The notes below the pieces were generated by a model. That model did not search any database. It worked only from the letters and a program-made list of their open reading frames with translations, and was not told the DNA's origin. Made by a program: the position numbers and the translations under genes. Below, in pieces: positions 8,571 through 17,726 of a stretch of 25,158 bases of DNA; position 1 is the first letter of the stretch; the number at the start of each line of letters is the position of its first letter. Source of the DNA: Promethearchaeota archaeon (GTDB lineage Archaea; Asgardarchaeota; Lokiarchaeia; Sigyniarchaeales; SOKP01); NCBI GenBank assembly GCA_019058015.1, contig JAHLWH010000200.1:1-25158 (forward strand), written 5' to 3'.

Positions 8571-8777
8571 ATGACAAAATTACTTTTTAAATGCGTGGAT
8601 TGTGGAGAATATTCTTTACCAAATAAAGAAATGAAATGCAAAATTTGCGGAGGGAAATTAAAGAATTCTAAACCACCTAAGTTCTCATTAATTGATAAAT
8701 TTGGAAGATTTAGAAAAGATTATTTCAAGGAGCAATTTAATAAACGTTTTGATAGAACCTCTAATAATAATAATTAA
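8571..8777 (+). CDS. nop10: H/ACA RNP protein Nop10
   Basis: CxxC…CxxCGG Zn ribbon followed by 'PPKFSLIDKFGRFR'. Canonical position after aIF2-alpha. Confidence 0.9.
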   Translation: MTKLLFKCVDCGEYSLPNKEMKCKICGGKLKNSKPPKFSLIDKFGRFRKDYFKEQFNKRFDRTSNNNN

Positions 8778-8794
8778 AATTTTTCAACAATAAT

Positions 8795-9463
8795 TTATTT
8801 TGGCATTATTTTTTCCGCTATCTTTTCTTCAATAAGAATTTTCGCATTTTCAAAAGGTACCATACAAACATCTTCCTTTAAAAAAGGACCGTAATTTACA
8901 AGATCAATTCCCACTAATGCAGGACAATCCATTATAAATCTTACATTTAAATATTCAATTCCATTTAAAGATGCAGATTTTGTTGAGTTCACAGCCAGTT
9001 CATCTTTTATTGAAAGTATATTTTGAATTTCTGAAACCTTCTTTTCAACTGGAGTTAATTTTTTCTTCTTTAAAGAACTTTCGATATCAGATAATGTTAG
9101 AGATTCCAAATTTTTAAACCCTTTAAAAGAAGCAATGAGATTATCATAGAACATTTGTTCATGTTCTAATAATTTGTTTCTATCAATTTCTAATAAATTA
9201 AGTGATTTATCAATTATTTTGCGTTTTCTAACTTTTAATAAATCATCTAATAGAAATTTAATATTTTTTATTAAAGAATCAATTAAAGATTCTTTTATAA
9301 CTTGCATATCTGAATTATTTAATTTTCCATCTGAAGTCGAATCGAGCGCATATAATTTTAAATATTCATTAAAAGATTCATTAGTAAGAGAAGTTATCTC
9401 TTCATTATTTATTTCGTTAGTCCATTGTCGATACAATTTATTATATATTTTCTGAGAATTCAT
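8795..9463 (-). CDS. gins51: GINS complex subunit Gins51 (Gins15; Psf1/Sld5-like)
   Basis: Helical A domain ('RKRKII', 'LLEHEQMFY') plus C-terminal B domain 'VRFIMDCPALVGIDLVNYGPFLKEDVCMVPFENAKILI'. Lies downstream of priS. Confidence 0.85.
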   Translation of the reverse strand: MNSQKIYNKLYRQWTNEINNEEITSLTNESFNEYLKLYALDSTSDGKLNNSDMQVIKESLIDSLIKNIKFLLDDLLKVRKRKIIDKSLNLLEIDRNKLLEHEQMFYDNLIASFKGFKNLESLTLSDIESSLKKKKLTPVEKKVSEIQNILSIKDELAVNSTKSASLNGIEYLNVRFIMDCPALVGIDLVNYGPFLKEDVCMVPFENAKILIEEKIAEKIMPK

Positions 9464-9555
9464 TATTTCTTGAGTATATCTTTTAGTACCGATTCAATTA
9501 TTTTATATGTCTTATTATTTAAATAAATTTAAAATCACTATTAAATAATTAAATT

Positions 9556-10815
9556 TTATTTAAGAGTTGCCACATTTTTACATAAAAGAAAGATTCCAAT
9601 ATCGTGTGGAAGATCTAAGACTTCTCCCATTTTAAACGGACCCCAAGTAATTTCTCTTACACGAATCTCAGGAACTTTTGGTACGGTAATTTTTAGTTTT
9701 AATAAATTTTTTTTTGAAAAAATTACTGGATCAGAAAATGGATCAAAACTTTCTAAATTCTTATACTCAATTCCAACCACTTTAAAGCCACTACTACCAT
9801 GTAAAGAGCCAGGATATCTTATTAATCTATGGATATCAATGGTTACGGGGATATCAATATCTGTTCCAATATTTTTTACTAAATTGGAAAAAAGGTTTTT
9901 CCATGATTTTATGCCAAATCCAAGTAAATTCCAATAATTTTTGCTCTGAGATTCAATATTATCAATTATGTGTTTTCTTTCTTTAATTATAGTAACTATT
10001 TGTTCCTTGTTAAGTGAAAAATTACTTAAACTATTTTTTAATTCTTCTTCATTTTCTATTGAAAGTATCTCCTTTAATTTCAACATTATTTTTCTAGGCC
10101 AGCTAGCAACATATTGATTAAAGAAACCAAGACCAATGTTTGGCTTTTCCAATCCTAAAACAGTAAATGAAATATTGTTCCCGGTAATATAATCAACCAT
10201 TTCTCTTCGTTCATGACTTGATAATTTCCTTAATTTCTCATTTTCTATATGAAGATGATAACCTCTATGTCCAGAAAAAAAGACAAAACAACTTTCTTTA
10301 TTAATTCCGAAATCTGGTTCTAGAAATTCATCAATCAACTTAAATATCTCATTTTTAGCCGTCTCTAGACATTCTTCACAAATCCAAGTTATTTTTTTAA
10401 ATCTTGTTGATTTGCAATCAGGGTTGGGGCACAATTTGGGTGATAATCCAACTCCACATTGACTACAAGATCCACATTCCCAAAAGTCATGTTTTTCTTT
10501 ACATTTGGTATCTAAATGATCTGCATCAATATCAAATATTAGATCACAGCCAAGATATTTTTTACTATCCATTTTTGATGCACCAGGTATCTCATAAAGT
10601 GATGCGCTTGAATACATATGTTTTGGAACATTATGAATTAAATAATCAGTTAAAAAATCTAAGGATTTAAAGCCTATGTGTCTAATCATAATATTATTTT
10701 CCCATGGAACAAACGCGAATTCTCTTTCCAGCAAATTGCTAACCGATGGAAAAGACTTCTGTTGATTCTTATAATAGGCTTGAAATAATCTTTTTATAAA
10801 TCTTATACTTTCCAT
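9556..10815 (-). CDS. priS: DNA primase small (catalytic) subunit
   Basis: 'REFAF', 'DLIFDIDADH' (DxD), 'FSGHRGYH' and 'DIPVTIDIHRLIRYPGSLH' AEP motifs. Confidence 0.95.
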   Translation of the reverse strand: MESIRFIKRLFQAYYKNQQKSFPSVSNLLEREFAFVPWENNIMIRHIGFKSLDFLTDYLIHNVPKHMYSSASLYEIPGASKMDSKKYLGCDLIFDIDADHLDTKCKEKHDFWECGSCSQCGVGLSPKLCPNPDCKSTRFKKITWICEECLETAKNEIFKLIDEFLEPDFGINKESCFVFFSGHRGYHLHIENEKLRKLSSHERREMVDYITGNNISFTVLGLEKPNIGLGFFNQYVASWPRKIMLKLKEILSIENEEELKNSLSNFSLNKEQIVTIIKERKHIIDNIESQSKNYWNLLGFGIKSWKNLFSNLVKNIGTDIDIPVTIDIHRLIRYPGSLHGSSGFKVVGIEYKNLESFDPFSDPVIFSKKNLLKLKITVPKVPEIRVREITWGPFKMGEVLDLPHDIGIFLLCKNVATLK

Positions 10816-10827
10816 TATTTAGATTCC

Positions 10828-12078
10828 TTAATTTTTTTCAATTTTTGTTATTTTTTGTCTATTAATGTCTTGTTTTTTCATTTCCCAGAGAGACCTTGAT
10901 TCTTTAACACTCATATAAAAAAGTGGATGCGAAATTTTTATCATTCTATCTTGATTTCTTGAATAAAATCCTTCCCGACAAATCTCATCCCCAAAAATTT
11001 TATGATCCTTTTGACAAATCCCTAACGTTTCTAATTTTGCACAACTATGGGGTGAATACCCCTTTTTAATAGCAAATTCAATTTGATATCCTGCAATTTT
11101 GTCATCAAAATCCGGTAGTGTTTTAAAAATATTTATTATCTGGTCTATAGGGTATTTTAAAGAATTTAGAAAAAATACTAAAAATAGACGTTCATTGTGA
11201 ATTAAATTTTGACTTTGTTGTACTTTTGATAAAAGGAATTTTATACATGGAGGGAAAAAAATAGACAAATCTTTTCCCTCTATATATTTCATAGTTTCGG
11301 TGTAATCACTGCTAAATTCTATTTTTTTACTTTTAATTAGATTTTTTATTTTTTCAAATGTGATTTTAAAAGGGGTTATCTCGATTAAGATTTCTTCTAA
11401 ATCAGTTCTTTCTTTTAGATCTTCTTTAGATTTATTTGTTTTTTCAAACTTTAAAATTTCATTTCTAACATATTCTTGTAGAAGTCTAATCAATCGATTC
11501 TTTGAAATGAATACATATCCGTGAGAAAGTGAATTATTTACAAGTTTTCTATAATCATCCCTGAGATTGATTCCCATTTTTATGAAATCAATAAAATACA
11601 CGCTTAGGTTTGTCTTTTCAACAGCAGTAATTTTAATTGGATCTTCATAATATTGAACGTCAAGACCCAAATCACTACAAATCCAGTAAAGATCTTCCAT
11701 TTTTTCATCTCTAAGTAGTTCTAACTGTTTTAATGCATTTTTTGAATATAGATTGGCGATTCTATTTGTTATATTAGGATTATTTAGAAGGAATAAAATA
11801 ATTTTTAACATCCAATAAATGTAAATATTCAATTCTCCGTCTTTAGGATTAAAATCTCGAATTATCTCTAAATTATTTATTGCATCTTCAAAAATTGATT
11901 CGATTTTCTTATTTATATCAACTTTATTTTGGTCCCAATACTTTTTATATAGCCACTCAACAAATTCATTGGGATTTTTTTTTCCAATCTCTTTGAATTT
12001 TACTTTAGTAAAAGATAACCATGGGAATCTATATAGTAATTCTGGTTTCGATGTTAAGATATTTTCATCAGAGCTCAT
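10828..12078 (-). CDS. priL: DNA primase large subunit
   Basis: 'RFPWL', 'FPPCI', 'HNERL', 'PDFD…YQI' and 'YSPHSC…GIC…C' Fe-S cysteines. Lies between PCNA and priS. Confidence 0.93.
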   Translation of the reverse strand: MSSDENILTSKPELLYRFPWLSFTKVKFKEIGKKNPNEFVEWLYKKYWDQNKVDINKKIESIFEDAINNLEIIRDFNPKDGELNIYIYWMLKIILFLLNNPNITNRIANLYSKNALKQLELLRDEKMEDLYWICSDLGLDVQYYEDPIKITAVEKTNLSVYFIDFIKMGINLRDDYRKLVNNSLSHGYVFISKNRLIRLLQEYVRNEILKFEKTNKSKEDLKERTDLEEILIEITPFKITFEKIKNLIKSKKIEFSSDYTETMKYIEGKDLSIFFPPCIKFLLSKVQQSQNLIHNERLFLVFFLNSLKYPIDQIINIFKTLPDFDDKIAGYQIEFAIKKGYSPHSCAKLETLGICQKDHKIFGDEICREGFYSRNQDRMIKISHPLFYMSVKESRSLWEMKKQDINRQKITKIEKN

Positions 12079-12195
12079 AATTATTGTGCGTAGATTTTTT
12101 CTTATTATGAATAATTAACTAAAAAGATTAATAAAATTTGTAAGAATGAGTAATTAGTAATAAATAAAAAAACGATATGAATTAGCGATTAAATT

Positions 12196-12993
12196 TTAGT
12201 ATTCTTCTAGATCTTCTTCTTCAAATTCAACTTCTTCTACCCTCGGTGCCAGAAAATAACTAATTGTACCTCCTTCGAGAATATTAAAGATTAATTTTAA
12301 TGGATGATCGTCCTTCAATGAAATCGTTAATTTTTCAGTAATATTTTCAATTTTAAGAATACTCTTTAAAAATTGAAGTGAATAAGAACCTTTACTTATT
12401 GCCTTAATATTTGCTTCCAATAGATTATCGAGAGCTAATTCATATTCCATTTCTCCAATTTGACCAACAGAACTAAATAATAACCCTTTATCTTCCTCTG
12501 TTTTTATAGTCAGAATTTCTGAATATATTTCTGCATCTTTTATTGCTTCTACAAAAAATACAGGATCCATTGACCAATCTGCATTATATTCCAATTTTAA
12601 AAGATTTTCCATTGGAATATCTTCCATCTCTATATCTAATAATGCAAGACTAAAGGTTCTAGTTTTTGCGTTTTTAGATTGTGTCATTTTAATTTTTAAT
12701 TTTTGAGTATTAGGTTCGAAAATCAACTCAACAGAATCACCTGCAGAGCTTCTTTTTAATATTTTATCTAGATCTTCAAGATTTAGACCAATTTTGGTAT
12801 CTGTATCGACTTCATACTCATCAAAATCTTGCTTAGCCATAGACAATTGGAGAAGACATATTCTAGATGGATCCATAGCTCTAATTGATAATTCCTTAGT
12901 AGTAATTATAAATTCGGTTTCATCAATAATCGAAGCTAAAGCCTCTACAATCCCTCTTAAAATTTTACTATTTTCTAATTTTATTTTAAACAT
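12196..12993 (-). CDS. pcn: DNA polymerase sliding clamp PCNA
   Basis: 'RAMDPSRICL', 'YSLQFL' and 'YFLAPRVE', plus an acidic tail. Confidence 0.97.
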   Translation of the reverse strand: MFKIKLENSKILRGIVEALASIIDETEFIITTKELSIRAMDPSRICLLQLSMAKQDFDEYEVDTDTKIGLNLEDLDKILKRSSAGDSVELIFEPNTQKLKIKMTQSKNAKTRTFSLALLDIEMEDIPMENLLKLEYNADWSMDPVFFVEAIKDAEIYSEILTIKTEEDKGLLFSSVGQIGEMEYELALDNLLEANIKAISKGSYSLQFLKSILKIENITEKLTISLKDDHPLKLIFNILEGGTISYFLAPRVEEVEFEEEDLEEY

Positions 12994-13091
12994 AAAACGG
13001 TATCAACTACCAATGTTTTAATAAAAATAATTATATTTTGATAAATAATCTAAATATATATTAAAAATTATGTTATTAAGGGACTATTATT

Positions 13092-13427
13092 TTGACTGAG
13101 CCAAATTTTAAACCTAAATCACCAGCATTGCAAAGAATTATTAGTGATTTAAAAAGTGATGATGTTAGAATTCAAATTATTGGATATGTTAAGGAATTAA
13201 TATCAAATTCAGAGTTTATTTTAAAAGATAATTCAGGAGAAATCAAAGTTACTTTCGAAAAAAGTGATTTTCCTATTAAAAAAGATTTATTAATTAATGT
13301 AATTGGTGAATTGGAAATAAATGTTGAAGGTGAAAAGAATATTAAAGTGAAATTTATTCAAAATATGAATATGTTGAATTATGAATATTATGAAAAGATT
13401 TATCACTTAAAAAAAGAATTCCTTTAA
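13092..13427 (+). CDS. Single OB-fold protein, RPA3/RPA14-like replication protein A small subunit
   Basis: 'PA…I.DL…RIQIIGYV…FILKDNSGEIKV…LINVIG' OB fold plus C-terminal helix 'LNYEYYEK'. TTG start, divergent from PCNA. Confidence 0.7.
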   Translation: MTEPNFKPKSPALQRIISDLKSDDVRIQIIGYVKELISNSEFILKDNSGEIKVTFEKSDFPIKKDLLINVIGELEINVEGEKNIKVKFIQNMNMLNYEYYEKIYHLKKEFL

Positions 13428-13502
13428 AATTAAGTAATCGAAATCCTATTATGGCTTGTTTTATTTCTAAATTTACGAGAAATTTACTGGGAGTATAAGA
13501 AA

Positions 13503-13838
13503 ATGGTAAAATTTTGTCCAAAATGTAATAATTTATTACGAAAGAAAATAATTGATAAGAAATTTATTTATTCTTGTGCTTGTGGATATTCAGAACCGTT
13601 TGAAGAAGATATACAAGAAAAGGAAATGATTACTAAAAATAAAATCAAAAAATATTCCGATAAAACAATTGTCTTACCAGAAATAAATGCTATAATTTAT
13701 CCAATAACTAAGTCAGAATGTAGAAAATGTGGGAATAAAGAAGCAGAATATTGGCAATCTCAAACACGTTCGGCAGATGAAGGGTCAACAACTTTTTTTC
13801 GTTGCACAAAATGTAAATTTACTTGGCGTGAATATTAA
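13503..13838 (+). CDS. tfs: Transcription factor S (TFS/RpoM)
   Basis: Two Zn ribbons (FCPKC…CAC; CRKC…CTKC) with acidic hairpin QTRSADE and terminal WREY. Confidence 0.95.
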   Translation: MVKFCPKCNNLLRKKIIDKKFIYSCACGYSEPFEEDIQEKEMITKNKIKKYSDKTIVLPEINAIIYPITKSECRKCGNKEAEYWQSQTRSADEGSTTFFRCTKCKFTWREY

Positions 13839-13845
13839 AGCTTTT

Positions 13846-14046
13846 TTAGGTTAAAACTTCTAAAATTTTTGTTAAAATATTTGCTTTTCCTCCAGTAGAC
13901 TGTGTTAATGGCTTACCACATACACGACAAACAACTTTAGTGGAGGAACAACCAAAAATGACTTGTTCATTACCACAATTCAAGCATTTAACTGCTAGGA
14001 ACCTTGACTTTGGAGATGGTATTAATTTTCGAATTTCTCTTGACAT
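13846..14046 (-). CDS. rps27e: 30S ribosomal protein S27e
   Basis: '[20 protein letters not shown]…CRVCG…TGGKA'. Confidence 0.97.
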   Translation of the reverse strand: MSREIRKLIPSPKSRFLAVKCLNCGNEQVIFGCSSTKVVCRVCGKPLTQSTGGKANILTKILEVLT

Positions 14047-14068
14047 TTTTTTTAAATTCCTTTATTTT

Positions 14069-14350
14069 TTATACTTCAATTAATTCAAATCGTTTTACTC
14101 GATAGGATTTACCAATTGACTTTTTTGAACACTCCGTACATTGAAATACAGGCGTTGATTTCTTATTAATCTTGGCAAAATTATGTTGAACTGGTTTGGG
14201 CTGTGAACCATAGCCTTTTTTCTTTCGCTCGTATCTTCTTTTACCTTCCGCTTTTGATCGCTCTTTTCCTTTCTTATAAATAGTTACCTTGTGTTCTGTA
14301 TGCTTTTTACAATGTTTACAATATCTTCTTTGGGTCTTGGGATACTTCAT
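14069..14350 (-). CDS. rpl44e: 50S ribosomal protein L44e (eL42)
   Basis: 'PKTQRRYCKHCKKHTEHKV…GKRRY…GYGSQPKP…CTEC'. Confidence 0.97.
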   Translation of the reverse strand: MKYPKTQRRYCKHCKKHTEHKVTIYKKGKERSKAEGKRRYERKKKGYGSQPKPVQHNFAKINKKSTPVFQCTECSKKSIGKSYRVKRFELIEV

Positions 14351-14485
14351 AAATGTTTTTTCTCGTTATTATACATATCATAAAAATTGATAAATTTTAA
14401 ATTTTTTCACAAAGAGCAAGTTTCAAAACTAATTAGACAATTATTATATTTCAAGAAAATTTTTTATAATAAAAAAACTTCCTAA

Positions 14486-15418
14486 ATGATAATGAGGGAT
14501 TTTAAAAACCAGCATATATTAAGTGCAAGAGATTTTTCTAGGGAAGAAATTGATTTTATTCTGGAAATCGGTAAAAAAATGATAAATAATAAGTATTCTA
14601 AATTATTAGATAATAAGATAATGGCTGCTTTATTTTTTGAACCTTCAACCAGAACAAGATTGAGTTTTGAATCTGCAATGCTTAGATTGGGAGGAAAAGT
14701 TATTGGATTTCAATCTCGAGATGTCTCATCAGTTAAAAAGGGAGAATCTATTGCAGATACTATTAGAACAGTTGAAAATTATTCAGACGTTATTGTAATG
14801 CGTCATTCTTTGGAAGGTGTAGCACGTATGGCAGCCAAATTTTCTTCAATTCCAATTATTAATGGTGGATCAGGAAGCGCAGAACATCCTACACAGGCGT
14901 TATTAGATTTATTTACAATCAAAGAAGAATGTGGAACTATTGATGGACTAAACATTGGACTCTGTGGTGATTTAAAATATGGCAGGACAGTTCATTCGCT
15001 AGCCTATCTTTTTAGTAATTATAATATAAATTTATATTTTATATCTCCTGCTTCATTGAGAATGCGATTTAGAATAATTGATTGGTTGCGCGACAAAAAG
15101 ATGAAATTTAAAGAAACTGAAAAGTTCAAGGAGATATTACCAATTTTAGACATTCTATATATGACTCGAATTCAAGAAGAGCGTTTTCTGGAACCAGAAG
15201 AATTTGAAAAAGTTAAAGATGTATATGTTTTAAGTAAGAAGGATTTAGATAATACAAAAGATAGTTTTCGTCTGATGCATCCTTTACCAAGATTAGGTGA
15301 AATATCTCCAGATATTGATAAATCTCCTAAAGCAATTTATTTTAAGCAAATGAAATATGGGTTATATCTAAGAATGGCACTGCTTGCATTAGTATTAAAA
15401 GGAAATAATTTTATATAG
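14486..15418 (+). CDS. pyrB: Aspartate carbamoyltransferase catalytic subunit
   Basis: 'FFEPSTRTRLSF', 'HPTQALLD', 'GDLKYGRTVHSL', 'TRIQEER' and 'MHPLPR'. Confidence 0.97.
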   Translation: MIMRDFKNQHILSARDFSREEIDFILEIGKKMINNKYSKLLDNKIMAALFFEPSTRTRLSFESAMLRLGGKVIGFQSRDVSSVKKGESIADTIRTVENYSDVIVMRHSLEGVARMAAKFSSIPIINGGSGSAEHPTQALLDLFTIKEECGTIDGLNIGLCGDLKYGRTVHSLAYLFSNYNINLYFISPASLRMRFRIIDWLRDKKMKFKETEKFKEILPILDILYMTRIQEERFLEPEEFEKVKDVYVLSKKDLDNTKDSFRLMHPLPRLGEISPDIDKSPKAIYFKQMKYGLYLRMALLALVLKGNNFI

Positions 15419-15421
15419 ATT

Positions 15422-17551
15422 TTATAAAAATCTATTTATAATTTTTTTATTTAAGAATTCAGAATCTATATATTGAGTGTCTGGTCTTATAAGAATACAT
15501 TTTTTGTCAATAGATTCATTGTAATAATTTAATTGTTTTGATGAAAAACAAAAATAATGAATCCCATATTTAATTAAATATTTTACCTTTTCATAGAAAT
15601 CTTCTATATTTTTTGAATCGGGTAATAATATATTAAAAAGCGTGCCCCCATCTACTATTTTTTGAAATATTTTAAATAATGAGACTTTTTTTTCAAAATT
15701 CAATTTTGATTCAAATCGTATGAATTCTGTACTGAAACTATCATATTTATGAGAAATTTTATCAAATTCTAAATTCCATCTATTCATAAGATAATTATCT
15801 ACATGAGGTTGGGAGAAAATGAAGTATTCATTTTGTTCATTATTCATTTCATTTATTCTGTTATTAATTCTAATCAAAATTTTTTTTGCAAACTCTTGAC
15901 TTTGGTCAATTCGATCTAGCTCGATATTACAATGATATAGAATGGATTCATTTAAACCAAAAAAACTGAATGCTTTAAAAGCATGATCAGGTAATCCAAA
16001 ATCTTTTTTATTAAAGAGAATTCTAGAAAGAGACTGCCAATGATGAAATGAATTTAAATATTTTTTTATTAAATCTTGTTTTATTTTAAAAATTTCAAAT
16101 ATCGCTGTGATATTTAAATCTAATAATTCTAGAAAGTGTTGATCATTTTGTTTTGATTCTAGTGCAATTTTTGGTAAATTTATAAAGATTTTATCTAATA
16201 ATATTTTGTTAAATGAATTAGGGATGGAATCAAAATTTTGAGTAATTGAAGTTAATATATTGTTTATTGGATTTGATCCTCGATTTCTATAGAAAAGTAA
16301 ATTTGATTTATCAATTATATTAAAGAATCGAGTGAGAACACTTTCTTTGAAGTTTTGAGAATTTATATCACTACAGTCATATAATATCAATGGATTTAAA
16401 TGAACAAAATTTTGATATCGATCAATTTTTATTGATTCAATCAAATCATTTTCTAATTCTATGATAAGACTCGGGTCAAATTCTCTCTTTCTTAAAAAAT
16501 CATGTGAAAAATCTAAACTGATTTGAGATTTTCCTATATTTAAATTTAAATTTAATTTAAAGAATTGCTCTAAAAGGAATAATAATAAATTTTTTGTATC
16601 TTTTTGATTAAATCTTGAAAGTATTGAAAGTAATATTTCATTAAACCTATATAATAAAATATCTTCATTAAAAAATTTCTTAATATCAGTTAGAATTGAG
16701 ACTAAATTTGAGAAATACGATTTTATTTGGGTTTTTTCAAGAGTTTCATCGATTTTTAGAAAATTTTTATCTATATTATTTATATTCTCTATATTAGATA
16801 TCGAAATAGACAAAGGACGTAAAGCCCAAGAATCTAAATGTAATAACGATATCTGCCCTGAAAGATAGAGGTCTGCTAATTCACGTGGTAATAAATTCAA
16901 TAATAGATATTGCTCTGATACTTCACTACCCATTTTTTTTAAAAATTCTTCAGGATTAGAAAATTGTTGGTTTCTTAATAAGGATTCTACTTCGAAAGGT
17001 GGTAAGCCTAATCGCGTAAGTTTGTGTCTATATTCCTCAAAACCTTTTTCAATTAAAATACCATTTAAATATTCTCTTATTAGAGGAGTAGTTAAGTAAT
17101 TTACTTTAGAATTAGATAACTTTAACTTAACTTCATTTGCAATTGTTCTTGCCAATTTTTCTGGCATTTCCGATTCTCGAATTAAATATTCAATGATTTT
17201 ATTTATATCAAATAGTTCAAAAGTGTAATTTGATGTCCGGATTTGGAGAATTCTTTTTTCTTCATTAATTATATCTCCTATGTCTAATAATTTCTCCAAT
17301 ATTCTCCTACCCAATTTTGTTAAAAAATAACCCTCGTCTCCTAATAATATGAAATTGTTTTCTTTTAGAATGTTTAAATGATATGAAATCTTACTACTAT
17401 CCCCTTTTTCTTCTAAAATTCTTCTCTTTAAAGCCATAAACGGAATTGGGCTTCTTATTTCATATAAAATCTTGAGAATTCCAAATCTTATATTTTTTCC
17501 AATTATTTGCAAATGTTTTTCTAAATTACTTGAACTGTCTTTTGTATTCAA
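15422..17551 (-). CDS. ArsR-like wHTH + ATP cone + degenerate class III (NrdD-like) ribonucleotide reductase barrel; probable pseudo-enzyme/regulator
   Basis: wHTH aa ~10-92 (IRFGILKIL…ISYHLNILKE…YFLTKLGR). ATP cone ('IRTS…FDINKI…LTTPLIRE…TRLGLP'). NrdD-like blocks 'LPRELADLYLSGQI', 'INLPKIALE', 'FGLNE', 'FQKIVDGG'. Catalytic Cys, Zn site and glycyl loop are absent. Confidence 0.8.
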   Translation of the reverse strand: MNTKDSSSNLEKHLQIIGKNIRFGILKILYEIRSPIPFMALKRRILEEKGDSSKISYHLNILKENNFILLGDEGYFLTKLGRRILEKLLDIGDIINEEKRILQIRTSNYTFELFDINKIIEYLIRESEMPEKLARTIANEVKLKLSNSKVNYLTTPLIREYLNGILIEKGFEEYRHKLTRLGLPPFEVESLLRNQQFSNPEEFLKKMGSEVSEQYLLLNLLPRELADLYLSGQISLLHLDSWALRPLSISISNIENINNIDKNFLKIDETLEKTQIKSYFSNLVSILTDIKKFFNEDILLYRFNEILLSILSRFNQKDTKNLLLFLLEQFFKLNLNLNIGKSQISLDFSHDFLRKREFDPSLIIELENDLIESIKIDRYQNFVHLNPLILYDCSDINSQNFKESVLTRFFNIIDKSNLLFYRNRGSNPINNILTSITQNFDSIPNSFNKILLDKIFINLPKIALESKQNDQHFLELLDLNITAIFEIFKIKQDLIKKYLNSFHHWQSLSRILFNKKDFGLPDHAFKAFSFFGLNESILYHCNIELDRIDQSQEFAKKILIRINNRINEMNNEQNEYFIFSQPHVDNYLMNRWNLEFDKISHKYDSFSTEFIRFESKLNFEKKVSLFKIFQKIVDGGTLFNILLPDSKNIEDFYEKVKYLIKYGIHYFCFSSKQLNYYNESIDKKCILIRPDTQYIDSEFLNKKIINRFL

Positions 17552-17726
17552 ATTGTTGTATCAATTTATTCTTCTTTTCTAAACTAGATTTAACCAAATA
17601 CAAATATAAAATTTGCTGATTCGATATAATTGGGAAAAATTAAGGATTTTTATTATCCTTTCCGACAAAAATCACTTTAGAATACAACAAATAATTAAGA
17701 AAAATATAGTAAAAGTATAGTTCTAA

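Noticed and set aside
3266-13021. Short ORFs 3266-3457, 5371-5556, 6063-6329, 8444-8641, 9174-9455, 10404-10670 and 12794-13021
   Set aside because: All overlap better-supported genes in another frame or strand and have no recognisable features.
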